Shown here in pieces: positions 26,201-38,200 of a DNA stretch of 64,000 nucleotides. The notes beneath the pieces are model-generated. The model saw nothing but the letters and a program-made list of their open reading frames with translations, searched no databases and was not told the origin of the DNA. The translations under genes and the position numbers were made by a program. Each line of letters opens with the position of its first letter. Within the stretch, counting starts at the first letter, position 1. The stretch comes from Eledone cirrhosa (taxonomy: Eukaryota): the NCBI GenBank assembly GCA_964016885.1, contig OZ024757.1:10354001-10418000 (forward strand). Direction: 5' to 3'.

Positions 26201-29200
26201 AAGTTGGGGTTAACTTAAGTTGGGGTTAACTTAAGTTGGGGTTAAGTTGGGGTTAACTTAAGTTGGGGTTAAGTTAAGTTGGGGTTGAGTTAAGTTGGAG
26301 TTAAGTTAAGTTGGGGTTAATTTAAGTTGGGGTTAAGTTAAGTTGGGGTTAAGTTAAGTTGGGGTTAACTTAAGTTGGAGTTAAGTTAAGTTGGGGTTAA
26401 GTTAAGTTGAGGCTAAGTTAAGTTGGGGCTGAGTTAACTTGGGGTGAAGTTAAGTTGGGGTTAAGTTAAGTTGGGGTTAAGGTAAGTTGGGGTTAAGTTA
26501 AGTTGGGGTTAAGTTAAGTTGGGATCGAGGTAAGTTGGGGTTGAGTTAAGTTGGGGTTAAGTTAAGTTTGGTTTAAGTTAAGTTGGGGTTAAGTTAAGTT
26601 GGGGTTAAGTTAAGGTGGGATTAGGTTAAGTTGGGGTTAAGTTAAGTTGGGGTTAAGTTAAGTTGTAGTTAAGTTAAGTTGGGGTTAAGTTAAGTTGGGG
26701 TTAAGTTAAGTTGGGGTTAAGGTAAGTTGGGGTTAAGTTAAGTTGGGGTTAAGTTAAGTTGGGGTTAAGTTAAGTTGGGGTTAACTTAAGTTGGGGTTAA
26801 CTTAAGTTGGGGTTAAGTTGGGGTTTACTTAAGTTGGGGTTAAGTTGGGGTTAACTTAAGTTGGGGTTAAGTTAAGTTGGAGTCGAGTTAAGTTGGGGTT
26901 GAGTTAAGTTGGGGTTAAGTTAAGTTGGGGTTAAGTTAAGTTGGAGTTAAGTTAAGTTGGGGTTAAGTTAAGTTGGGGTTAAGTTAAGTCGGAGTTAAGT
27001 TAAGTTGGGGTTAAGTTAAGTTGGGGGTAAGTTAAGTTGTGGTTAAGTTAAGTTGGGGTTAAGTTGGGGTTAAGTTAAGTTGGGGTTAAGTTAAGTGGGG
27101 TTAAGTTAAGTTGGAGTTAAGTTAAGTTGGGGTTAATTTAAGTTGGGGTTAAGTTAAGTCGGGGTAAAGTTAAGTTGGGGTTAAGTTAAGTTGGGGGTAA
27201 GTTAATTTGTGGTTAAGTTAAGTTGGGGTTTAGTTAATTTGGGGTTAAGTCAAGTTGGGGTTAAGTCAAGTTGGGGTTAAGTTAAGTTGGGGTTAAGTTA
27301 AGTCGAGGTTAAGTTAAGTTGGGGTTAAGTTAAGTTGGGGTAAGTTAAGTTGGGGTTAAGTTAAGTTGGGGTTTACTTAAGTTGGGGTTAAGTCAAGTTG
27401 GGGTTAAGTCAAGTTGGGGTTAAGTCAAGTTGGGCTTAAGTTAAGTTGGGGTTGAGTTAAGTTGGGGTTGATTTAAGTTGGGGTTGAGTTAAGTTGGGGT
27501 CGAGTTAAGTTGGGGTTGAGTTAAGTTGGGGTTGAGGTAAGTTGGGGTTAAGTTAAGTTGGGGTTAAGTTAAGTTTGGTTTAAGTTAAGTTGGGGTTAAG
27601 TTAAGTTGGGGTTAAGTTAAGTTGGGATTAGGTTAAGTTGGGGTTAAGTTAAGTTGGGGTTAAGTTAAGTTGTGGTTAATTTAAGTTGGGGTGAAGTTAA
27701 GTTGGGGTTAAGTTAAGTTGGTGTTAAGGTAAGTTGGGGTTAAGTTAAGTTGGGGTTAAGTTAAGTTGGGGTTAAGTTAAGTTGGGGTTAACTTAAGTTG
27801 GGGTTAACTTAAGTTGGGGTTAAGTTGGGGTTAACTTAAGTTGGGGTTAAGTTGGGGTTAACTTAAGTTGGGGTTAAGTTAAGTTGGGGTTGAGTTAAGT
27901 TGGGGTTGATTTAAGTTGGGGTTGAGTTAAGTTGGAGTCGAGTTAAGTTGGGGTTGAGTTAAGTTGGGGTTAAATTAAGTTGGGGTTAAGTTAAGTTGGA
28001 GTTAAGTTAAGTTGGGGTTAAGTTAAGTTGGGGTTAAGTTAAGTTGGCGTTAAATTAAATTGGGGTTAAGTTAAGTTGGGGTTACGTTAAGTTGGGGTTA
28101 AGTTAAGTTGGGGTTAAGTCAAGTTGGGGTTAAATCAAGTTGGGGTTAACTTAAGTTTGTATTAACTTAAGTTGGGTTAACTTAAGTTGGGGTTAAGTTG
28201 GGCTTAACTTAAGTTGGGGTTAAGTTAAGTTGGGGTTGAGTTAAGTTGGGGTTGAGTTAAGTTGGGGTTGAGTTAAGTTGGGGTTGAGTTAAGTTGGGGT
28301 CGAGTTAAGTTGGGGTTGACTTAAGTTGGGGTTAAGTTAAGTTGGGGTTAAGTTAAGTTGGGGTTAAGTTAAGTTGGGATTAGATTAAGAAGGAGTTAAG
28401 TTAAGTTGGGGTTAAGTTAAGTCGGAGTAAAGTTAAGTTGGGGTTAAGTTAAGTTGGGGGTAAGTTAAGTTGTGGTTAAGTTAAGTTGGGGTTAAGTTGG
28501 GGTTAAGTTAAGTTGGGGTTGAGTTAAGTTGGGGTTGAATTAAGTTGGGATTGAGTTAAGTTGGAGTTAAGTTAAGTTGGGGTTAAGTTAAGTTGGGGTT
28601 AAGTTAAGTTGGCGTTAAATTAAGTTGGGGTTAAGTTAAGTTGGGGTTACGTTAAGTTGGGGTTAAGTTAAGTTGGGGTTAAGTCAAGTTGGGGTTAAAT
28701 CAAGTTGGGGTTAACTTAAGTTTGGATTAACTTAAGTTGGGTTAACTTAAGTTGGGATTAAGTTGGGGTTAACTTAAGTTGGGGTTAAGTTAAGTTGGGG
28801 TTGAGTTAAGTTGGGGTTGAGTTAAGTTGGGGTTGATTTAAGTTGGGGTTAAGTTAAGTTGGGGTTAAGTTAAGTTGGGGTTAAGTTAAGTTGGGATTAG
28901 ATTAAGTAGGAGTTAAGTTAAGTTGGGGTTAAGTTAAGTTGTGGTTAAGTTATGTTGGGGTTAAGTTAAGTTGGGGTTAAGTTAAGTTGGGGTTAACTTA
29001 AGTTGGAGTTAAGTTAAGTTGGGGTTAAGTTGGGGTTAACTTAAGTTGGGGTTAAGTTAAGTTGGGGTTGAGTTAAGTTGGAGTTAAGTTAAGTTGGGGT
29101 TAATTTAAGTTGGGGTTAAGTTAAGTTGGGGTTAAGTTAAGTTGGGGTTAACTTAAGTTGGAGTTAAGTTAAGTTGGGGTTAAGTTAAGTTGAGGCTAAG

Positions 29201-32200
29201 TTAAGTTGGGGCTGAGTTAACTTGGGGTGAAGTTAAGTTGGGGTTAAGTTAAGTTGGGGTTAAGGTAAGTTGGGGTTAAGTTAAGTTGGGGTTAAGTTAA
29301 GTTGGGGTTAAGTTAAGTTGGGGTTAACTTAAGTTGGGGTTAAGTTGGGGTTAACTTAAGTTGGGGTTAATTTAAGTTGGGGTTGAGTTAAGTTGGGGTT
29401 GATTTCAGTTTGGGTTGAGTTAAGTTGGGGTCGAGTTAAGTTGGGGTTGTGTTAAGTGGGGGTTAAGTTAAGTTGGGGTTAAGTTAAGTTGGGGTTGAGT
29501 TAAGTTGGGATCGAGGTAAGTTGGGGTTGAGTTAAGTTGGGGTTAAGTTAAGTTTGGTTTAAGTTAAGTTGGGGTTAAGTTAAGTTGGGGTTAAGTTAAG
29601 GTGGGATTAGGTTAAGTTGGGGTTAAGTTAAGTTGGGGTTAAGTTAAGTTGTAGTTAAGTTAAGTTGGGGTTAAGTTAAGTTGGGGTTAAGTTAAGTTGG
29701 GGTTAAGGTAAGTTGGGGTTAAGTTAAGTTGGGGTTAAGTTAAGTTGGGGTTAAGTTAAGTTGGGGTTAACTTAAGTTGGGGTTAACTTAAGTTGGGGTT
29801 AAGTTGGGGTTTACTTAAGTTGGGGTTAAGTTGGGGTTAACTTAAGTTGGGGTTAAGTTAAGTTGGAGTCGAGTTAAGTTGGGGTTGAGTTAAGTTGGGG
29901 TTAAGTTAAGTTGGGGTTAAGTTAAGTTGGAGTTAAGTTAAGTTGGGATTAAGTTAAGTTGGGGTTAAGTTAAGTCGGAGTTAAGTTAACTTGGGGTTAA
30001 GTTAAGTTGGGGGTAAGTTAAGTTGTGGTTAAGTTAAGTTGGGGTTAAGTTGGGGTTAAGTTAAGTTGGGGTTAAGTTAAGTGGGGTTGAGTTAAGTTGG
30101 AGTTAAGTTAAGTTGGGGTTAATTTAAGTTGGGGTTAAGTTAAGTCGGGGTAAAGTTAAGTTGGGGTTAAGTTAAGTTGGGGGTAAGTTAATTTGTGGTT
30201 AAGTTAAGTTGGGGTTTAGTTAATTTGGGGTTAAGTCAAGTTGGGGTTAAGTCAAGTTGGGGTTAAGTTAAGTTGGGGTTAAGTTAAGTCGGGGTTAAGT
30301 TAAGTTGGGGTTAAGTTAAGTTGGGGTAAGTTAAGTTGGGGTTAAGTTAAGTTGGGGTTTACTTAAGTTGGGGTTAAGTCAAGTTGGGGTTAAGTCAAGT
30401 TGGGGTTAAGTCAAGTTGGGCTTAAGTTAAGTTGGGGTTGAGTTAAGTTGGGGTTGATTTAAGTTGGGGTTGAGTTAAGTTGGGGTCGAGTTAAGTTGGG
30501 GTTGAGTTAAGTTGGGGTTGAGGTAAGTTGGGGTTAAGTTAAGTTGGGGTTAAGTTAAGTTTGGTTTAAGTTAAGTTGGGGTTAAGTTAAGTTGGGGTTA
30601 AGTTAAGTTGGGATTAGGTTAAGTTGGGGTTAAGTTAAGTTGGGGTTAAGTTAAGTTGTGGTTAATTTAAGTTGGGGTGAAGTTAAGTTGGGGTTAAGTT
30701 AAGTTGGTGTTAAGGTAAGTTGGGGTTAAGTTAAGTTGGGGTTAAGTTAAGTTGGGGTTAAGTTAAGTTGGGGTTAACTTAAGTTGGGGTTAACTTAAGT
30801 TGGGGTTAAGTTGGGGTTAACTTAAGTTGGGGTTAAGTTGGGGTTAACTTAAGTTGGGGTTAAGTTAAGTTGGGGTTGAGTTAAGTTGGGGTTGATTTAA
30901 GTTGGGGTTGAGTTAAGTTGGGGTTAAATTAAGTTGGGGTTAAGTTAAGTTGGAGTTAAGTTAAGTTGGGGTTAAGTTAAGTTGGGGTTAAGTTAAGTTG
31001 GCGTTAAATTCAATTGGGGTTAAGTTAAGTTGGGGTTACGTTAAGTTGGGGTTAAGTTAAGTTGGGGTTAAGTCAAGTTGGGGTTAAATCAAGTTGGGGT
31101 TAACTTAAGTTTGGATTAACTTAAGTTGGGTTAACTTAAGTTGGGGTTAAGTTGGGCTTAACTTAAGTTGGGGTTAAGTTAAGTTGGGGTTGAGTTAAGT
31201 TGGGGTTGAGTTAAGTTGGGGTTGAGTTAAGTTGGGGTTGAGTTAAGTTGGGGTCGAGTTAAGTTGGGGTTGACTTAAGTTGGGGTTAAGTTAAGTTGGG
31301 GTTAAGTTAAGTTGGGGTTAAGTTAAGTTGGGATTAGATTAAGTAGGAGTTAAGTTAAGTTGGGGTTAAGTTAAGTCGGAGTAAAGTTAAGTTGGGGTTA
31401 AGTTAAGTTGGGGGTAAGTTAAGTTGTGGTTAAGTTAAGTTGGGGTTAAGTTGGGGTTAAGTTAAGTTGGGGTTGAGTTAAGTTGGGGTTGAATTAAGTT
31501 GGGATTGAGTTAAGTTGGAGTTAAGTTAAGTTGGGGTTAAGTTAAGTTGGGGTTAAGTTAAGTTGGCGTTAAATTAAGTTGGGGTTAAGTTAAGTTGGGG
31601 TTACGTTAAGTTGGGGTTAAGTTAAGTTGGGGTTAAGTCAAGTTGGGGTTAAATCAAGTTGGGGTTAACTTAAGTTTGGATTAACTTAAGTTGGGTTAAC
31701 TTAAGTTGGGATTAAGTTGGGGTTAACTTAAGTTGGGGTTAAGTTAAGTTGGGGTTGAGTTAAGTTGGGGTTGAGTTAAGTTGGGGTTGAGTTAAGTTGG
31801 GGTTAAGTTAAGTTGGGGTTAAGTTAAGTTGGGGTTAAGTTAAGTTGGGATTAGATTAAGTAGGAGTTAAGTTAAGTTGGGGTTAAGTTAAGTTGTGGTT
31901 AAGTTATGTTGGGGTTAAGTTAAGTTGGGGTTAAGTTAAGTTGGGGTTAACTTAAGTTGGAGTTAAGTTAAGTTGGGGTTAAGTTAAGTTGAGGCTAAGT
32001 TAAGTTGGGGCTGAGTTAACTTGGGGTTAAGTTAAGTTGGGGTTAAGTTAAGTTGGGGTTAAGGTAAGTTGGGGTTAAGTTAAGTTGGGGTTAACTTAAG
32101 TTGGGGTTAACTTAAGTTGGGGTTAAGTTGGGGTTAACTTAAGTTGGGGTTAAGTTAAGTTGGGGTTGAGTTAAGTTGGAGTTAAGTTAAGTTGGGGTTA
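23250..32200 (+). repeat. Three tandem ~2.9-3.0-kb subunits in HOR copy A (two ~3.1-kb subunits in each of copies B and C)
   Basis: TGTAG 23769/26664/29650, then 38331/41413 and 50641/53771; TATG 26024/28951/31905, then 40570/43700 and 52928/56058. Confidence 0.85.
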
Positions 32201-35200
32201 ATTTAAGTTGGGGTTAAGTTAAGTCGGGGTAAAGTTAAGTTGGGGTTAAGTTAAGTTGGGGTAAGTTAATTTGGGGTTAAGTTAAGTTGGGGTTTAGTTA
32301 ATTTGGGGTTAAGTCAAGTTGGGGTTAAGTCAAGTTGGGGTTAAGTTAAGTTGGGGTTAAGTTAAGTCGGGGTTAAGTTAAGTTGGGGTTAAGTTAAGTT
32401 GGGGTAAGTTAAGTTGGGGTTAAGTTAAGTTGGGGTTTACTTAAGTTGGGGTTAAGTCAAGTTGGGGTTAAGTCAAGTTGGGGTTAAGTCAAGTTGGGGT
32501 TAAGTTCAGTTGGGGTTAAGTTAAGTTGGGGTTAAATTAAGTTGGGGTTAAGTTAAGTTGGGGTTAAGTTAAGTTGGCGTTAAGTTAAGTTGGGGTTAAG
32601 TTAACTTGGGGTTAAGTTAAGTTGGGGTTAAGTTAAGTTGGGGTTAAGTCAAGTTGGGGTTAAATAAAGTTGGGGTTAACTTAAGTTTGGATTAACTTAA
32701 GTTGGGTTAACTTAAGTTGGGGTTAAGTTGGGGTTAACTTAAGTTGGGGTTAAGTTAAGTTGGGGTTAAGTTAAGTTGGGGTTGAGTTAAGTTGGGGTTG
32801 AGTTAAGTTGGGGTTGAGTTAAGTTGGGGTTGATTTAAGTTGGGGTTGAGTTAAGTTGGGGTCGAGTTAAGTTGGGGTTGAGTTAAGTTGGGATTAAGTT
32901 AAGTTGGGGTTAAGTTAAGTTGGGGTTAAGTTAAGTTTGGTTTAAGTTAAGTTGGGGTTAAGTTAAGTTGGGGTTAAGTTAAGTTGGGATTAGGTTAAGT
33001 TGGGGTTAAGTTAAGTTGGGGTTAAGTTAAGTTGTGGTTAACTTAAGTTGGGGTTAAGTTAAGTTGGGGTTAAGTTAAGTTGGGGTTAAGGTAAGTTGGG
33101 GTTAAGTTAAGTTGGGGTTAAGTTAAGTTGGGGTTAAGTTAAGTTGGGGTTAAGTTAAGTTGGGGTTAACTTAAGTTGGGGTTAAGTTGGGGTTAACTTA
33201 AGTTGGGGTTAAGTTGGGGTTAACTTAAGTTGGGGTTAAGTTAAGTTGGGGTTGAGTTAAGTTGGGTTTGATTTAATTTGGGGTTGAGATAAGTTGGAGT
33301 CGAGTTAAGTTGGGGTTGAGTTAAGTTGGGGTTAAGTTAAGTTGGGGTTAAGTTAAGTTGGAGTTAAGTTAAGTTGGGGTTAAGTTAAGTTGGGGTTAAG
33401 TTAAGTCGGAGTTAAGTTAAGTTGGGGTTAAGTTAAGTTGGGGGTAAGTTAAGTTGTGGTTGAGTTAAGTTGGGGTTGAATTAAGTTGGGGTTGAGTTGG
33501 GGTTAAGTTAAGTTGGGGTTAAGTTAAGTTGGAGTTGAGTTAAGTTGGGGTTGAATTAAGTTGGGGTTGAGTTAAGTTGGAGTTAAGTTCAGTTGGGGTT
33601 AAGTTAAGTTGGGGTTACGTTAAGTCGGGGTTAGGTTAAGTTGGGGTTAAGTTAAGTTGGGGGTAAGTTAAGTTGGGGTTAAGTTAAGTTGGGGTTTAGT
33701 TAAGTTGGGGTTAAGTTAAGTTGGCGTTAAGTTAAGTTGGGGTTAAGTTAAGTTGGGGTTAAGTTAAGTTGGGGTTAAGTTAAGTTGGGGTTAAGTCAAG
33801 TTGGGGTTAAATCAAGTTGGGGTTAACTTAAGTTTGGATTAACTTAAGTTGGGTTAACTTAAGTTGGGGTTAAGTTGGGGTTAAGTTGGGGTTAAGTTAA
33901 GTTGGGGTTAAGTTAAGTTGGGGTTAAGTTAAGTTGGGGGTAACTTAAGTTGGGGTTAAGTTAAGTTGGGGTTAAGTTAAGTTGGGGTTAAGTTAAGTTG
34001 GGGTTAAGTTAAGTTGGGGTTAAGTTAAGTTGGGGTTAAGTAAAGTTGGGGTTGAGTTAATTTGGGGTTGAATTAAGTTGGGGTTAAGTTAAGTTGGGGT
34101 TAAGTCAAGTTGGGGTTAAATCAAGTTGGGGTTAACTTAAGTTTGGATTAACTTAAGTTGGGTTAACTTAAGTTGGGGTTAAGTTGGGGTTAAGTTGGGG
34201 TTAAGTTAAGTTGTGGTTAAGTTAAGTTGGGGTTAAGTTAAGTTGGGGTTAAGTTAAGTTGGGGTTAAGTTAAGTTGGGGTAAGTTAAGTTGGGGTTAAG
34301 TTAAGTTGGGGTTTACTTAAGTTGGGGTTAAGTCAAGTTGGGGTTAAGTCAAGGTGGGGTTAAGTTAAGTTGGGGTTGATTTAAGTTGGGGTTGAATTAA
34401 GTTGGGGTCGAGTTAAGTTGGGGTTGAGTTAAGTTGGGGTTAAGTTAAGTCGGGTTTAAATTAAGTTGGGGTTAAGTTAAGTTGTGGTAAGTTAAGTTAG
34501 GGTTAAGTTAAGTTGGGGTTTAGTTAAGTTGGGGTTAAGTCAAGTTGGGGTTAAGTCAAGTTGGGGTTAAGTCAAGTTGGGGTTAAGTTAAGTTGGGGTT
34601 AAGTTAAGTTGGGGTTAATTTAAGTTGGGATTAAGTTAAGTTGGGGTTAAGTTAAGTTGGCGTTAAGTTAAGTTGGGGTTAAGTTAAGTTGGGGTTAAGT
34701 TAAGATGGGGTTAAGTCAAGTTGGGGTTAAATCAAGTTGGGGTTAACTTAAGTTTGGATTAACTTAAGTTGGGTTAACTTAAGTTGGGTTTAAGTTGGGG
34801 TTAACTTAAGTTGGGGTTAAGTTAAGTTGGGGTTAAGTTAAGTTGGGGTTGAGTTAAGTTGGGGTTGAGTTAAGTTGGGGTTGAGTTAAGTTGGGGTTGA
34901 TTTAAGTTTGGGTTGAGTTAAGTTGGGGTCGAGTTAAGTTGGGGTTGAGTTAAGTTGGGGTTAGGTTAAGTTGGGGATAAGTTAAGTTTGGTTTAAGTTA
35001 AGTTGGGGTTAAGTTAAGTTGGGGTTAAGTTAAGTTGGGATTAGGTTAAGTTGGGGTTAAGTTAAGTTGGGGTTAAGTTAAGTTGTGGCTAAGTTAAGTT
35101 GGGGTTAAGTTAAGTTGGGGTTAAGTTAAGTTGGGGTTAAGTTAAGTTGGAGTTCAGTTAAGTTGGGGTTAAGTTAAGTTGGGGGTAAGTTAATTTGGGG

Positions 35201-38200
35201 TTAAGTTAAGTTGGGGTTTAGTTAATTTTGGGTTAAGTCAAGTTGGGGTTAAGTCAAGTTGGGGTTAAGTTAAGTTGGGGTTAAGTTAAGTCGGGGTTAA
35301 GTTAAGTTGGGGTTAAGTTAAGTTGGGGTAAGTTAAGTTGGGGTTAAGTTAAGTTGGGGTTTACTTAAGTTGGGGTTAAGTCAAGTTGGGGTTAAGTCAA
35401 GTTGGGGTTAAGTCAAGTTGGGGTTAAGTTAAGTTGGGGTTAAGTTAAGTTGGGGTTAAATTAAGTTGGGGTTAAGTTAAGTTGGGGTTAAGTTAAGTTG
35501 GCGTTAAGTTAATTTGGGGTTAAGTTAACTTGGGGTTAAGTTAAGTTGGGGTTAAGTTAAGTTGGGGTTAAGTCAAGTTGGGGTTAAATCAAGTTGGGGT
35601 TAACTTAAGTTTGGATTAACTTAAGTTGGGTTAACTTAAGTTGGGGTTAAGTTGGGGTTAACTTAAGTTGGGGTTAAGTTAAGTTGGGGTTAAGTTAAGT
35701 TGGGGTTGAGTTAAGTTGGGGTTGAGTTAAGTTGGGGTTGAGTTAAGTTGGGGTTGATTTAAGTTGGGGTTGAGTTAAGTTGGGGTCGAGTTAAGTTGGG
35801 GTTGAGTTAAGTTGGGGTTGAGGTAAGTTGGGGTTAAGTTAAGTTGGGGTTAAGTTAAGTTGGGGTTAAGTTAAGTTGGGATTAGGTTAAGTTGGGGTTA
35901 AGTTAAGTTGGGGTTAAGTTAAGTTGTGGTTAATTTAAGTTGGGGTTAAGTTAAGTTGGGGTTAAGTTAAGTTGGTGTTAAGGTAAGTTGGGGTTAAGTT
36001 AAGTTGGGGTTAAGTTAAGTTGGGGTTAAGTTAAGTTGGGGTTAACTTAAGTTGGGGTTAACTTAAGTTGGGGTTAAGTTGGGGTTAACTTAAGTTGGGG
36101 TTAAGTTGGGGTTAACTTAAGTTGGGGTTAAGTTAAGTTGGGGTTGAGTTAAGTTGGGGTTGATTTAAGTTGGGGTTGAGTTAAGTTGGAGTCGAGTTAA
36201 GTTGGGGTTGAGTTAAGTTGGGGTTAAATTAAGTTGGGGTTAAGTTAAGTTGGAGTTAAGTTAAGTTGGGGTTAAGTTAAGTTGGGGTTAAGTTAAGTTG
36301 GCGTTAAATTAAATTGGGGTTAAGTTAAGTTGGGGTTACGTTAAGTTGGGGTTAAGTTAAGTTGGGGTTAAGTCAAGTTGGGGTTAAATCAAGTTGGGGT
36401 TAACTTAAGTTTGGATTAACTTAAGTTGGGTTAACTTAAGTTGGGGTTAAGTTGGGCTTAACTTAAGTTGGGGTTAAGTTAAGTTGGGGTTGAGTTAAGT
36501 TGGGGTTGAGTTAAGTTGGGGTTGAGTTAAGTTGGGGTTAAGTTAAGTTGGGGTTAAGTTAAGTTGGGGTTAAGTTAAGTTTGGTTTAAGTTAAGTTGGG
36601 GTTAAGTTAAGTTGGGGTTAAGTTAAGTTGGGATTAGGTTAAGTTGGGGTTAAGTTAAGTTGGGGTTAAGTTAAGTTGTGGTTAAGTTAAGTTGGGGTTA
36701 AGTTAAGTTGGGGTTAAGTTAAGTTGGGGTTTAGTTAATTTGGGGTTAAGTTAAGTTGGGGTTAAGTTAAGTTGGGGTTAAGTTAAGTTGGGGTTAACTT
36801 AAGTTGGGGTTAACTTAAGTTGGGGTTAAGTTGGGGTTAACTTAAGTTGGGGTTATTTTGGGGTTAACTTAAGTTGGGGTTAAGTTAAGTTGGGGTTGAG
36901 TTAAGTTGGGGTTGATTTAATTTGGGGTTGAGATAAGTTGGAGTCGAGTTAAGTTGGGGTTGAGTTAAGTTGGGGTTAAGTTAAGTTGGGGTTAAGTTAA
37001 GTTGGAGTTAAGTTAAGTTGGGGTTAAGTTAAGTTGGGGTTAAGTTAAGTCGGAGTTAAGTTAAGTTGGGGTTAAGTTAAGTTGGGGGTAAGTTAAGTTG
37101 TGGTTGAGTTAAGTTGGGGTTGAATTAAGTTGGGGTTGAGTTGGGGTTAAGTTAAGTTGGGGTTAAGTTAAGTTGGGGTTGAGTTAAGTTGGGGTTGAAT
37201 TAAGTTGGGGTTGAGTTAAGTTGGAGTTAAGTTCAGTTGGGGTTAAGTTAAGTTGGGGTTACGTTAAGTCGGGGTTAAGTTAAGTTGGGGTTAAGTTAAG
37301 TTGGGGGTAAGTTAAGTTGGGGTTAAGTTAAGTTGGGGTTTAGTTAAGTTGGGGTTAAGTTAAGTTGGCGTTAAGTTAAGTTGGGGTTAAGTTAAGTTGG
37401 CGTTAAATTAAGTTGGGGTTAAGTTAAGTTGGGGTTACGTTAAGTTGGGGATAAGTTAAGTTGGGGTTAAGTCAAGTTGGGGTTAAATCAAGTTGGGGTT
37501 AACTTAAGTTTGGATTAACTTAAGTTGGGTTAACTTAAGTTGGGATTAAGTTGGGGTTAACTTAAGTTGGGGTTAAGTTAAGTTGGCGTTGAGTTAAGTT
37601 GGGGTTGAGTTAAGTTGGGGTTGAGTTAAGTTGGGGTTGAGTTAAGTTGGGGTCGAGTTAAGTTGGGGTTGATTTAAGTTGGGGTTAAGTTAAGTTGGGG
37701 TTAAGTTAAGTTGGGGTTAAGTTAAGTTGGGATTAGATTAAGTAGGAGTTAAGTTAAGTTGGGGTTAAGTTAAGTTGTGGTTAAGTTAAGTTGGGGTTAA
37801 GTTAAGTTGGGGTTAAGTTAAGTTGGGGTTAACTTAAGTTGGAGTTAAGTTAAGTTGGGGTTAAGTTAAGTTGAGGCTAAGTTAAGTTGGGGCTGAGTTA
37901 ACTTGGGGTGAAGTTAAGTTGGGGTTAAGTTAAGTTAGGGTTAAGGTAAGTTGGGGTTAAGTTAAGTTGGGGTTAAGTTAAGTTGGGGTTAAGTTAAGTT
38001 GGGGTTAACTTAAGTTGGGGTTAAGTTGGGGTTAACTTAAGTTGGGGTTAATTTAAGTTGGGGTTGAGTTAAGTTGGGGTTGATTTCAGTTTGGGTTGAG
38101 TTAAGTTGGGGTCGAGTTAAGTTGGGGTTGTGTTAAGTGGGGGTTAAGTTAAGTTGGGGTTAAGTTAAGTTGGGGTTGAGTTAAGTTGGGATCGAGGTAA

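Noticed and set aside
32655-32672. AATAAA polyadenylation signal (also ~44459 and ~56817)
   Set aside because: It is a single C>A change in the AAATCAAG variant, copied with the HOR; there is no transcript context.
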